From positions 30,674,258 to 30,738,257 of the forward strand of contig CM119263.1 in NCBI GenBank assembly GCA_051294375.1: a stretch of 64,000 bases of DNA, given 5' to 3'. Positions 50,068 through 63,928 of the stretch are shown piece after piece. The notes beneath the pieces were generated by a model, which was not told where the DNA came from, made no database searches, and worked only from the letters and a program-made list of their open reading frames with translations. The DNA is from Paraspadella gotoi. Taxonomy: Eukaryota; Animalia; Chaetognatha. The first letter of the stretch is position 1, and every line of letters begins with the position of its first letter. Both the position numbers and the translations under genes were made by a program.

Positions 50068-51443
50068 TTAGAAACGATGCTCATCCCAAGTAGAATGAGA
50101 TTTCTTATAACTAAATTGCAAATCATCTGAAAAAAGATAATGCCCAAATTTTAACAAGAGACAGTGCTCAAACAATTGACTAAAAACTGATGACAGAGTT
50201 ATTCCTTCGGCAATTAGAGACTGTACAAAGATCACCATTGTAATCTTCACTATTGGAATAATTAGTCCATCTAAAAAGTCTGAACAAACATAGCCGTGTT
50301 GAATTAATAACTGTTAATTAGACATTAATATGTTAGTTCGTGGCAGAGTAGCGTCAGCTACTTTAATTGTATCATCGCAGAGGAATCAAGACTCCAGAAT
50401 CGAAATAGGATCGGCGACTCGAAGTAGAATGAAACATTCTCGTTGGCCAATGAACAAATGGCACCAGCCAATGAACAAATGGCCGAGGAATTTTACCTCC
50501 GATCTGATATAAAAGGAAACCCAAATCTGTATTGATTCACTCTGCCCAAAATATTGACACCGTCTTGTTTTATGGTCTTAATTCTGAAGAAATTAAAATC
50601 TACTTGATTTCGCCTTGAATCACCTTGTTCACTTACTAAATTGGTATGAACAATGTCACAAAAATATCGTTCAATACTAAAAATATGATTATTGTCATCA
50701 CATGTTTTCTTCGCCATGTATTAGGGAATCAACGGGAACAGTAATTTTGTCTAATTCTAAAGATAACGTTGTTTCATATGATTTTAAATCTTCTAATTTA
50801 AGTATTTTCCAGTTAAACAAATGGAGTTGTGCTTAAAGGACTAACCTTATTGCTTTTAGCTTAACTAATATGTTTAATGATACTGGATAATGATCAGAAA
50901 CATTATCACCGTCATAATGAATTTTTACATTATTGATTAAAGGTGATAAACTTTTAACAAAGAATATCCCATCATTCTTGTCCACATAGTTAAAGGATCA
51001 AAACTAGGCATATTATCAAAGCATGATACAAGATTTAAGGAAGATATGATAGATCTTAGTATTTTTGTAAATGGGTGGCGTAAGTCAAAAAAATTGCAGT
51101 TCATATCCATAAATAAAATTATTTTACAGTTTATATTATCATTAACAATGTATTCAACAAAACATAGCGTATCTCTATAGTCCATCTCTTTTTCTAACCT
51201 ATTTTTCATATCGAAAAATGGTTCATAGGTATTAATAAACAACAGATTACAATCTTTATCATCTACTTGCAAGACTGAAACGCGCTTATGATTATACTCG
51301 AACGAGGTTTTATTACTTCTGAAAATTTTTTTGGCCACAAAAAATCTGTTCCCACATAAGGTTTACCTCTATGTATTTTAGAGTCGATGTCCATTCCAGA
51401 TGTACCGTAGCCTTCATATTTAGAATGAATAGATCGCAGTTTG
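50068..51443 (-). pseudogene. Non-LTR retrotransposon ORF2 remnant (AP endonuclease + RT N-terminus), frameshifted duplicate copy
   Basis: Same sequence as 53790-55160; RT-like GLIIPIVK...GITLSSVFSQLFE...LQFSYKKSHST. Confidence 0.8.
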
Positions 51444-51468
51444 NNNNNNNNNNNNNNNNNNNNNNNNN

Positions 51469-52460
51469 CCAGCTTTATCACACACTTTCCTAACCACACA
51501 CAAAATTTTATTCCGATTCAACCAGCCAATCACGAGTTATTGAAACTTTTTGCTAAGGTGGGATGGATGGACGGATTGATTGACTGATTAATTAATTATT
51601 GATTAATTGACTAATTGATTAATTAACTGATTAATTATTTGATTTATTATTACATCATGCATATACATTTAATATAAAAGGAAAAAGAAGCATAATCAAT
51701 TAGTGAAACAGGTTTTTTGTTTTTTCCATTTAAACTCATTTCCACTCAAACGATTCCATCGAAACTTGTTTTCCTGTTCAATCACACACTTTCCTACCCA
51801 AATACAATATTCCAGGTCAATCGCCCCATCCACTCATGAGCAATTAATTAGGCAATTAGTTAATTAATTTGATTGATTGACTGATTAATGAATTATTAAT
51901 TAATTAATTGACTAATTGATTAATTAACTGATTAATTATTTGATTTATTAATACATCCTGCATATACATTTAATATAAAAGGGAAAAAAAGCATAATCAA
52001 TTAGTGAAACAGGTTTTTGTTTTTTCCATTTAAACTCATTTCCACTCAAACGATTCCATCGAAACTTGATTTCCTGTTCAATCACACACTTTCCTACCCA
52101 CATATAAAATTCCAGGCCAATCGCTCCATCTACTCATGAGCAATTGGTGTTCAAATAGTGAATTTTTTTTTTTTTTCCATTTAAACTCATTTCCATTCGG
52201 ACGATTCCATCGAAACTTTATACCAAGCTCAATCACACACTTCCCTACCCACACACAAATTTTTATTCAAATCCATCCATCCAATCACAAGTAATTGGTG
52301 TTTTTTGCTAAGGTGGGACAGACGAACGAATTTTTTTGCATAATTTATCATAATTCGATGTTCTGACATGATATAAGTTCGTGCCCGACAATATTGAGGG
52401 GGCGGACCGACAAAGTGGATTATAGAGTCGGGATCTGCTGATAAACAGATCCGACTAAAT
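51469..52460 (-). mobile_element. H1 HINE-like element (duplicate of 48032-48742 with extra subrepeat)
   Basis: Direct near-identity; 5' hairpin at 52426-52460. Confidence 0.7.
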
Positions 52461-53789
52461 ACCAAATAGAAGAAGTCGTTAAAAGAGATCCAGTGTGGTT
52501 ATTGATTTTTGGTTGATCTACAATCAACATGGCTTTACCGTATTTTCACGTTTTAGAACGCTTCGCGGTCTATGCGAAATATCTTTTGAATTTCACGCCC
52601 GTGATATCGGCGTTTCAGGCGTCGTTCGTCCCTTGTAAATCTCTTTATCTCATCTCTTTATGAAAATACGCTGAATGACGAGGAAATTGATTATTAAAGA
52701 GTGGAGAAGAAAGTTGGAAAAATGCTCTTCGATGCCCCCTTCCGTCTGATGGAGCAGCGAATCTTTCTCGCTCTTTCTCTCTCTTGGCTGGATGACTCAG
52801 TCAGGATCTGGGATCAAAAAAACGACGATAATTTGAACAATGGATTAATTGCTTAGGGTTTCGGTTAGGGATAAGGTTAGATTAGAGGATAGATATTAGG
52901 GTTAGGGATTAGGTTAGGGATTAGAGTTGTCTTTCCCTACACTACTTTTACAACAAAAAAATTCTGGCTTGCTGGGTGACTCATTGGACAGGATCGAGAT
53001 CGACAGAAACGACGACGATAATTTGAACGATGGAGGAAGCAGTTGCGACGGTGAGAGCGACGACGAAGGGAGTGATGCATGAAGCGACTATGGAAGCAGC
53101 AAAAGATATGAGCTTTGTGCGTGTGTTTTAGGAGCCGCAGCAAGGGGGCATCGATGGAAATAAGTGCCAATTGAATTTAAAATCTTAAATATATTATCTT
53201 AAATTAATGATCGCAAATCTTGAAATGACGATGTGAGGATCGTAAAATGACAATTGTGAAGTGACAATTTTGAAGTGACGATTGTGAAGTGATCATTGTA
53301 AAATGACCATTGTGAAGTGACGATTTGAAGTGACCATTGTGAAGTCACAATCGTGAAGTTTGAATTCACAATATTGAATGCACATTCATAAATTAACGAT
53401 TTTTAATTGACATTAATTTTGCTGGCAAGATGATCTAAATATTTTGTATTTATTACCTTTTTGTTCTCTTACATATTCTGTTATTATTGTATTACTTTTA
53501 TAATTTACATTTATAACATTTCCTTTTTTTCTGGCTTTGCTTATTCTTTTAATTCTTATGAGGCCCGGATCGCGCTAAATCGCTATTACCGATTTAAAGC
53601 TTAGTACTACGCGTAGTTCAAATCCTTTCTGGATCAAAACGAGTTCGATTTTAAGCGCGATTTTCGCGATCGTTTTTTTGCTATAACTTTAGAACGGATT
53701 ATCCGATTTTGATGAAATGTTGCATGTAGATAACATTTTGAATTTCATATCGATCGGCACCAAATTCATTTAAAAATACTAAATAGTTT

Positions 53790-55165
53790 AGAAACGATGC
53801 TCATCCCCAAGTAGAATGAGATTTCTTATAACTAAATTGCAAATCATCTGAAAAAAGATAATGCCCGAATTTTAACAAGAGACAGTGCTCAAACAATTGA
53901 CTAAAAAGACAGAGTTATTCCTCGGCAATTAGAGACTGTACAAAGATCACCATTGTAATCCTTCACTATTGGAATAATTAGTCCATCTAAAAAGTCTGAA
54001 CAAACATAGCCGTGTTGAATTAAATAACTTGTGAATATGAATTAATTAATTAGTTCGTGGCAGAGTAGCGTCAGCTACTTTAATTGTATCATCGCAGAGG
54101 AATCAAGACTCCAGAATCGAAATAGGATCGGCGACTCGGAAGTAGAATGAAACATTCTCGTTGGCCAATGAACAAATGGCACCAGCCAATGAACAAATGG
54201 CCGAGGAATTTTACCTCCGATCCGATATAAAAGGAACCCAAATCTGTATTGATTCACTCTGCCCAAAATATTGACACCGTTTTGTTTTATGGTCTTAATT
54301 CTGAAGAAATAAAATCTACTTGATTTCGCCTTGAATCACCTTGTTCACTTACTAAATTGGTATGAACAATGTCACAAAAATATCGTTCAATACTAAAAAT
54401 ATGATTATTGTCATCACATGTTTTTTCGCCATGTATTAGGGAATCAACAGGAACAGTAATTTTGTCTAATTCTAAAGATAACGTTGTTTCATATGATTTT
54501 AAATCTTCTAATTTAAGTATTTTCCAGTTAACAAATGGAGTTGTGCTTAAAGGACTAACCTTATTGCTTTTAAGCTTAACTAATATGTTTAATGATACTG
54601 GATAATGATCAGAAACATTATTACCGTCATAACGAATTTTTACATTATTGATTAAAGGTGATAAACTTTTAACAAAGAATATCCCATCAATTCTTGTCCA
54701 CATAGTTAAAGGATCAAAACTAGGCATATTATCAAAGCATGATACAAGATTTAAGGAAGATATGATAGATCTTAGTATTTTTGTAAATGGGTGGCGTAAG
54801 TCAAAAAAATTGCAGTTCATATCCATAAATAAAATTATTTTACAGTTTCTATTATCATTAACAATGTATTCAACAAAACATAGCGTATCTCTATAGTCCA
54901 TCTCTTTTTCTAACCTATTTTTCATATCGAAAAATGGTTCATAGATATTAATAAACAACAGATTGCAATCTTTATCATCTACTTGCAAGACTGAAACGCG
55001 CTTATGATTATACTCGAACCGAGGTTTTATTACTTCTGAAAATTTTTTTGGCCACAAAAAACCTGTTCCCACATAAGGTTTACCTCTATGTATTTTAGAG
55101 TCGATGTCCATTTCAGATGTACCGTAGCCTTCATATTTAGAATGAATAGATCGCAGTTTGTTCAC
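53790..55165 (-). pseudogene. Non-LTR retrotransposon ORF2 remnant: AP endonuclease domain and RT fragment, interrupted by a solo-LTR-like insert
   Basis: RGKPYVGTGFLW, INIYEP, MDMN, RIDGIF, NVSDHYPV are APE motifs; insert starts tgtatcatcgcagag near 54085. Confidence 0.85.
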
Positions 55166-57735
55166 CCCGACAATTAATGATACTGTTATGCAATTTTTTT
55201 TTGAAAAATAGCTTGATTATTTTTTATTACATATAAAGGCAGTAAAAAACAGTGTTCCATCGCTCAACCTTTTCATCACTCCATCCTAATAAACACTTAT
55301 ATTTAATTTTTAACCTAACTGCTAACCTTATCACTATCATTAACCAATAGTAACCATATCACTAACCTAATCCTTAATCTAAAAAATTAACTTAATTCCA
55401 AATTTATGATAAAATGGGGCGTTCTGGGAAAATAAGGCCCTCATGGCTTTAACCTCTAAGCTCATTCATACTCATTGGCAGTTGGTTACATTTACAATTA
55501 CATTTACATTACAATTACACTTTTCTTCTATTTAGCGCATGGTGATGATGTTAATAATTTGAATTGTGTTTTTATAAATTTATGTTCATAATAATTTTTT
55601 TTTAGGTGACAAAAAGAAGGAAAAAAATGCGGAGAACGAAAAAATGAGAGAGGACGATTATGAACAAAGTTGGTCTTCATGAACGAATTTTATACGTCAT
55701 CACAACATATAGACATTGAAAATCGTATTTGTATTTTTCATATTTTACTATCAGTCAAAATTTAATTACAATCAGCTAATACATTTTTTGAAAAATCAGA
55801 TAACTTTTGCTTGTATTTTAGGAACTGATGTCGTTCTTAGAGATTGAGGAAGATTTTTTCAATGGAGATTTTAGTTCAAATCTGACTAGCAAACAATATA
55901 AACGCTCCTGAGAAAAATTACAGTAAAAAATAGATTAGACGAGAATCTCGCTTAAAAAAAAATTCAACATTTTTCTAATAGAGATTTCCGTTAAAATCTG
56001 ACTACCCAAATTGCAAACGAGATAGCCAGAAATTCGGGTAAAAAACAGTTGTAAAAACACACGATTCCGATAGCGTTATATCTTAAGAGCTAGCCAAATT
56101 CGTCATATGGCATTTGACAAAGGATTTAATATCAAACAAGCCAGGGGAAATGCACTAGTCATCTCCGGAGAATTTTCAAACCTTGTTTTTACTATAGAAA
56201 TGAACGGGAAATTTTGCTTTTCGAAAATTGTAAACGGGGCTAGGGTATGTTAACATTATAAATATTACTTCGAATTATGAGATTTAGAAAGCCTCTTGTC
56301 TCAAGAGCTTGCCAAATTTTTATTTTCATTATTTACCAAACTCTTCATAGTAAACCAACGTGGTAAAGTCCATTGGTCTGGTTTGACAACAATGAAATTT
56401 TTTTTAATAAGAAATTAAAAAGGAGGTGAGAGAAAAAACTGGATTTTTCCTGGACTAGTCTCTTTGAAGGAACAAGATACAGGATGGCAATAGTACGCAA
56501 AATGAAGCCATAATCATTGGCGCAACATACAAGTTACAATATAGAATTATTTTTGCTGAAACCTCTTTACAGGGTGAGTGTCAAACTAAGTCAAAATTAT
56601 AATGCATTTAAAATAATGAAATCCAATAAAAATAAATGAAAATTAAATTCTTTTTAGTGATTCTGAAAGAAAAAGCTAAATTGTACTCTAGTAAAACTTT
56701 AAAGTTTTTGGATAAAGAAATATAATTTTTATTTAACTAAATATTTGTGGAGAAAGCGATGCCTTTTTATTCGCGTATAATTGTTTAGTTTCGTTTAGAT
56801 CGATAGAATCATTTGTTTCCGTTGAATATCTGAATTTACTCTTCCCCGCGATCAGCTGTTATGAGAGCTAACGAAGAGCGTGTTTCAGTTTTATCTTTCA
56901 CAAGTCTTTTACTCTCAATTCAAAACACGTGTGTAAAAATGAAAAGGAAATACTTTAAATAATGTTTTGTCTATTTACTGCCAATGTTTTATTCTCTATT
57001 CTGGAACCCAAATTGAAGGTTAGTTTACATTGGATTTATATTGAATTGTACTTAGGTTATATATGTTACTTATAAGTTTAAGGTTTAAAGTTTATTTATA
57101 CTAATTTAGCATTGTCTATTTTTTGTAGTTTTAACTTGCCCTTCTCCTTGAACACCACCTCCTTCTTGCCTACCTGTCCTTCTACATTGCTTACCATGAA
57201 TATTTGTACCTGAGATTGGAAATTGTATTATCTCCAAATGTGGTTACTATTTCTGCTTTATTACATGGTTCTAAGAATATAAGGTTATAGTTAAGGTGTT
57301 TTACATGTTAGAACTGTTTGGTTTCCAAAGATACTTTTTGAGAGAGTTGAACACGGATTTGAATTCAATAATTAATTAGGGCACAAATTAGGGCACTCTA
57401 GAAGAATAGAGATGAAACTTAGATTGTTTTATTTGCGATAATCTCGGATTATCTAGGTCGCGCGTTAAGAAGCGCTTCAGTTTAAAACTAAAGATTTCTG
57501 AGTGCCAGTATGTGGCTTCAATTCCCTTGTGCCCTCATTTTAATTTACTTGGTTATTACCAAGCTTCGGTTTTATGATTTAAGCTTAAGGCTTACTTATG
57601 TTGTTGCTTTATTGTTCTCAAACCCTTGGGAGTTCAAAGTATGAAGGTTTGGCTTTTCCCTGTTTGACAGGACCAAGCCTCAAGGCTTTTGTCTATTGCT
57701 CATTTTGTCTATAAGGATTCATTGATTTTTATGCC

Positions 57736-58000
57736 ATGGCTATGGCTAAGTCACTGGAAGACGTTCTTGAGGATCTGAAAGGAGAAGCTGAACAGGCATC
57801 ATTAGTTGTTCATCATGCCATTGCAGCTGCAAGGACCGCGCCTAGAGTTGAGCGCTTAAGGTCACTTCAGAGTGCCAAGGATGCCTTCTTAAGATTTTGT
57901 GACAAAGTAGATGCCATTGAAATGTTCCGCCAAGAGGGTGGAAAGACTCGTACCATGGAAATTAAGATCAAGGGAGCCTTGAGTAGGTTATGCTCTACTC
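57736..58000 (+). CDS. Hypothetical helical protein N-terminus cut by N-gap (possibly TE gag/ORF1)
   Basis: gccATGG context, GC-richer codons, 88 open codons to the gap. Confidence 0.4.
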
Positions 58001-60382
58001 NNNNNNNNNNNNNNNNNNNNNNNNNNNNNNNNNNNNNNNNNNNNNNNNNNNNNNNNNNNNNNNNNNNNNNNNNNNNNNNNNNNNNNNNNNNNNNNNNNNN
58101 TTTTAAATGATAGCGCAGAAGTAGGAAAGAACCTCTTCAATTATCTTGTTTTATTTTCAATTTTTCATAATCCTTTTATTTTTTAAACTTTATTTTCATG
58201 ATCCTCGATAATCCGAAGCCGTGTCATTTTATCAATAGGGCGAACTGTACGCTTCAATCTATTCCTTTTTACCAGAGAGAGAGAGCGAGCGTAATTATGC
58301 ATTAGATTTAATCAATTTGGGTGACATTCTCTACGATAGTCCCTTAAAATTTTAATCTACATTCGTCAAACTTATAATTTAAGCTAAAAAAATCTACGAA
58401 TGACAATTGGGATTTTAAACAAACGGAAAAAAAAACCAATAATATTTATCTCTTTTTTTGGTTCTTATAAATTTTAAATCGCGCAGTTGGACAAGTCACA
58501 AGGGTAAGCAACTTTTTTTATCACAAGAGTCAAGATTAATATAAACTGCTTTTCACGCCCACCTTTCTTTTCAAAAATCCTTCCCATTTTATCTCTATTA
58601 GATTTTTGTCAATTAATGATAGGAGGCTCTTGTAAGAATGATTTCAGAACATTTAAATTGAAATATACTTTTATTAAGTAAAATATATATATATCTCTTT
58701 TGAGCCTATATAAAGATATTCGTTTTTATCATACCTCAAATCATAGAGGCAGAGGAATTGTAGCTAAAAAAATTTCAGTAATTTAAAATTCAGATGTTTA
58801 AGCGTTCTTTCGTTTAACTCAAAACGTTTTTAATTTTGGTTTCAGAAAAAAAAATTAATTCAAAGTGGTATCGTTATCCATCAATTTATATATATATGTA
58901 TATTGTTGATAGAAAATGGAAGAAACATTTTCCCTCGAGTTAAAACACATTATTCTGGAGGTAAATTACAAGGGTCTTAAAAAATACTTTTGAAATTAAA
59001 AGCAGAAAATTATTTTTTTTCTAAATCGCTATATATAATAAGGCGGGCCAAAATTGAACACTTTTTATATCTTCTAGTTCTTTCAAAAAAATTTCTTTTT
59101 TCCTTCTGTTACTAAATCGATTTTCAATATATCTTTTTGAATTAGTTCATTGAGTTGTTGCACTGAAGCTTTTAAATATTTATTAATATATAATAAATGA
59201 TAAAAATAATTTCTTATAATTTTATATTTTAAGAACGGAATCCAATAAAGCTTGAAAAGTTAAATGAAAGTGAGTACAATAATTTTTTAAAAATTTGACA
59301 ATAAATTGGTTAAAAATTGAAAAAACCCTAAAAACATCATCATCATCATCATTGGCTGAATTTTATGGTTTTTTAAATTTTTTATTAATAAAACCAAAAA
59401 AATTTAAAAAGTTGTATTAATAACCTTAATATAACTTTTAAAGCTTTATCAGAATCAATAAAAAAAAAATTAAACTTTATATAGTAACGCGCAGTATAAA
59501 TACAAGAAATAATAATGGACATCTTGTGCACTCCTAATTTTTTGAAACACATGTAAAACTATTCAAAAAATCAAAAAATCAAAAATTCGCTTGGCCAATT
59601 TTACAATTCTATCGATTTTATAATGCGATAAGATGCAAAAAAATCGGAAAAAATAGTAAATTTAAAGATAAAATAAAAGTGGTTAGTATTATTAATTTTT
59701 ATAAAATATAGCAAAATCCAAGTATTTCAAACTCTTTTCAACTATATAAATATAAAAAACTTGTATTAAATAATATTTCAATATTATTAAAAAATTATAG
59801 TTTTTGGGGAAAATACAAAAAAATCAAATAATAGGAAAGATGGTTAATCAAATAGTTTTAATCAAATTATATATAAAAATTTTAAAAAAAATTTACTTTA
59901 TCTATATATATAAAAGTTTTTAATTTTTTAACCACAAAAGATAAAGCTTAATAATAAACAAGCGATTAGGAAACTAATAAATTTAGGGATCTGTATAAAG
60001 CTTCATAATATAAACAAAAAGAAAAATAAATTATTAAAAGGTTTGTTTAATGATATAAAAGGCATCAGGCATTTCACCACGGTGGTACCTCACACTATTG
60101 TTGCCAAGATTAAGTCTGATATTCTTTTTTTTCTTTCCTTTTATTGAGTTTGAGAAAAGAACAGAGTCAGATGATTTATTTTTAATATTTACCAAAAGTA
60201 AAAAACTCTCTCTTTTATTTGAAAATTTATAAAATCAATAAAAAACTAAAGCATGAACAAAACACTTTTAAAGCGAGAGTGACAAAAACTAAAACTGATA
60301 CAACAAACAACAAACAAACAATAAAATTAAGTAAATGAAAATGGTTATTGAAGATCAGAGTTGTTTGGCTTAATATTCACTC

Positions 60383-60665
60383 TATGGTGGACTAAAATCC
60401 ACCAACCGTTCATCAGCGGCCATTGGTGCCGGAGGCAAGTCATTCGCCTCCCAACCCAAAGGTCCGGGGTTCTAGCCTGGTGGTCGCCTAGCAGTTAAGA
60501 GGGACGGGGTGCTAAACCCAGTTGTAACATGGTGTTACAGCCTGATCTGAAGCTGACTGCTTATATTGAACGGTTCTGTCATTAACACATATCAATAATT
60601 ACTGTCTCTCCATTGGTGAGCCCGACTTCCAAACACAACAGCAACAACAACACTTTCAGGCGACA
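60383..60665 (+). mobile_element. TRIM family A, truncated
   Basis: 5' LTR, PBS tggtgagcccgac and start of internal region. Confidence 0.85.
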
Positions 60666-61485
60666 TTTTAAAAATTAGTTGAGTAGAACATATTAAAGTC
60701 ATTTATGTGTTCAAATTTTATATTGATCAGTTAAGATATGCCTTGGCAATGAGTGGAGAAAGTTGGCTTGTAAAATCGGGTTTTATTTTCCAACTCATTT
60801 TTTTTAAATTCCTTTTTTTTTCAACTTTTAGCTCTTTTTTATACAAAGTATTTATTAAGATATTAACAATATTAATATCCTCAGAAAACCTTTAAAAAAA
60901 TAAAGAGAATGATATACTTACGAAAGCTCTAACATAAAAATTAAGCTGCCCAGCCTTGGTTCAATTAAGAGAGTCAAAAGTTAATTATCTAAAATTTCAA
61001 ATCTTTTTTTAAAATATATGGCCTGTTTAAATTATTATAACATAAAATATTATTATTTATATAAGTATCATGAAAGAGCCTGAATAAAAAAAGATTTAAG
61101 ATATCCAATCACAATTTGATAAAAATCTTAAATTTACCCTCCAGTTATTGATTTTTGGAAAGATGTCTTGTTTTTGAGTATCCTAATTAAATTAAAGCTG
61201 GGCCGGTTAAATTTTATACTACAGTATTTGCAAGTATGTCATTCTCTTTAGATTTGAAAGGGCTTTCAGATGATAATAATATTAATATTATTTTATTTCA
61301 AATTTCTTCAGAAAACTTATTGAAAGTAAAAAAAAAATTGAATCTAAAAAAGTGAGTTAGAAAATGAAACCCGATTTTATAAGCCAATTTTCTCCACTCA
61401 TTTCCAAGGCATATCTTAACTGATCAAAATAAAATTTGAACACATAAATGACTTTAATATTTTCTTCTCAACTAATTTTTAAAAT
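60665..61485. mobile_element. Foldback/MITE-like palindromic element
   Basis: 60665-~60970 is an imperfect inverted repeat of ~61180-61485. Confidence 0.75.
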
Positions 61486-61630
61486 CAATGAACTAACCAC
61501 TGGTTTGCAAATGACAGCGTTTTTTTACCGGCGCTTGTAAAATTGTCACCATGTAAACAAATGGTCTTAAAACCGTTCGACGTCAGAGGCAAAATTTGGA
61601 TTTTCACAACGAATTTATTTATTATTTGCA

Positions 61631-61664
61631 GACATGTTTTGAACGGCATTTCGTTCTTCATCAG
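61631..61664 (-). ncRNA. Hammerhead motif with mutated GAAA (AAAA)
   Basis: gca-CTGATGA-a-GAACG-loop-CGTTC-AAAAC-ATGTC-tgc. Confidence 0.6.
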
Positions 61665-61758
61665 TGCATATTTGTAGTTTTAATAACAAAACTTTGGCAA
61701 GTTTAAAGTTGAGAAAGAGAGAGAGAGTGAAGAGAAATTCGCCTCGTTTTTCGTATCA

Positions 61759-62125
61759 TTTTTATCGAGCCTACCGGCGAAGCCGGTTCAGGCTCGATAT
61801 TGTTTCGGGTGAGCTTCGTCGTCGGCGTCGTCGTCACGGATTTTTATATAAAAAATACTACGCTTTTATAGCTTTGGCTGGGACTTACCGTTTTTTTTTA
61901 ATAAAAATTATTATGAATTACGATAAAGTTTTATAAAAGTGTGTGATCATAGTAAGTTAAAAATGTAGATATGGCTTCTCATCTTGAAATAGCTTTGAAA
62001 TTTTCATATTAACATTTGGATTTAAGTATTTTTTGTTTGAATTTCCACTTTATTATGATTTACTGCAATATGCAAATGAGATTATAGTACTTAATATATA
62101 TCCAAATAATTATATAGAAATACTT
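61759..62125 (+). mobile_element. HINE-like family H2, 5' part
   Basis: tttttatcgagcctaccggcgaagccggttcaggctcgata hairpin. Confidence 0.7.
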
Positions 62126-62180
62126 AGACGAAATAACAATTTTTAGTTTTTCACAACGAATTTTTATTTGTATGGTAGCA

Positions 62181-62215
62181 GACATGTTTCGAACGTATAT
62201 TTCGTTCATCATCAG
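62181..62215 (-). ncRNA. Minimal hammerhead ribozyme
   Basis: gca-CTGATGA-t-GAACG-loop-CGTTC-GAAAC-ATGTC-tgc. Confidence 0.8.
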
Positions 62216-63546
62216 TGCTGAGACTGAATTACAAAATTTGGTGTACTAATATTTAACAGAGTATTTATTTTTTTAAACGATTTTACCAATCTTTCATGAG
62301 AATTTTTTTCATTTTGATGAAAAAAGAAGACAGATCGGAAGGGAGGGAGAGTGGTAATGGGTAAGGCCTATGGTAAGTCAAATAATATTTTTTTTGGTAA
62401 AGCTTATTATAAGCTGTATAAAGTTTAATGTAGCTACTAAAAGCTTTTATAAGCTTTAAAAAGGATATTGACTGCGTTATGTGGCCTGGTACTTATTTTC
62501 TATTTTGCTTAATTTTTAACAATTTTTTATGAAAATACTTATCTAAATTTTTATGGATGAAAACGGGTTTAAATTCTTTGTTTTAGCTATATTTCACTTA
62601 AAAAATTGAACTTAACCAGTTTTCTTTGATATCAAATTTTGCTATTTTTTTACAATTTTTTTGCATTAAATTGCTTTATAAAATCGATAGAACGGGAAAA
62701 TTGAGCTATTATATAGTAATAAAATAATCTTTAAATGCTTCCGTGCGCTTGATCATAAGCTAAATTTTAAAAATTATTTTCATTTTCATATTCTCTAACA
62801 GTCACTTAAGAGGAATGGTCATTCAACTTAACAATGCGTAATCTTTGATGTATTAGAGCAATGCATAGATAAATACATACTCGTAATCACCAGTTATCAC
62901 CAAAAAAAAGTTTTTATTTATATGTAAACATTCTGTTTAAATATTTTTTTAAATCGCTAAATAACGAAAATTGTTAAGTTAAATGGGTAAGCACATTTTT
63001 TAAAGATTTGTTTTTCAATCTGGTCTTGTTAAAAAATTCTACGGTAAGAAGTTAAAACATGGTAAAGGCAAATTTAGAAGGGGAGAGTTAAACAATTAAT
63101 CTTGTTACTCTGTTGGTTTCAGTCTTAAGCAAAATCTTTTAGTTAAATAGATGGTAAAGAAATTCGATCTACACTGAATACTAACATTGAATTTAAAGAG
63201 TTGCAGCCTAACGATGGCAATATATTGATTTAAAATTTGAGATTTAGCAATCTTAAACATTTGTGAAATGTAATAGAGATACATTTTGATAAACATGTTC
63301 CAGTTAGAAAGAATTTCAGGGTTAAAGTTTAAAAACGTTTCATTTCAAGGATACAAGTTGAATATTTAAAAATGTCTCGCTATTACATTTTTCAAATTCA
63401 CTGAATAAAAAATTCATAAAATATCAGATGGATTGGCCATTTCGTTTGACCTGCAACTCTTCAGATAGGTTTCTTGTTATTTGTATATTATAATTTAGAG
63501 GAACAAAGTGTTTTTGAATTTGTTACGATTATATTTTTTATAAAGG

Positions 63547-63583
63547 GACATGTTTCGACTCTTTGGGTTCGAGTCTTCATCAG
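63547..63583 (-). ncRNA. Minimal hammerhead ribozyme within a short inverted repeat
   Basis: gg-CTGATGA-a-GACTC-loop-GAGTC-GAAAC-ATGTC-cc. Confidence 0.8.
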
Positions 63584-63928
63584 CCATTCCAACATGCCCT
63601 TTATTAAAAATAAATCGTTGTAACAAATTCAAAAATGACTTTGTTTCCTGCTACCATTACCAAGTAACAACATAAAAGAAAGATATAATCGACATATATA
63701 TTATAATATTAAAACTGTGATATAAAAGGGACGTAGAATGCATCAAATGTTTAAAGTGAATACATTTTTGGAATTGCCAGGATTTTTGCGATTCCGATGT
63801 TGATTTGAATGACCCTTTTTCTTACCATTTTTCTTCTTATTTGAGAGAACTTCTAGTTTTCAACCTGTTCCGGCCTAATATATAACTATGTAGTTAGGCA
63901 ATGCATCAAGTTCATTTGTTTACATTAA

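Noticed and set aside
48032-55160. ~3.4 kb tandem duplication (48032-51443 vs 51469-55160)
   Set aside because: The copies meet exactly at a 25-N gap and differ largely by small indels; most likely an unmerged contig overlap or haplotypes. Read depth would decide
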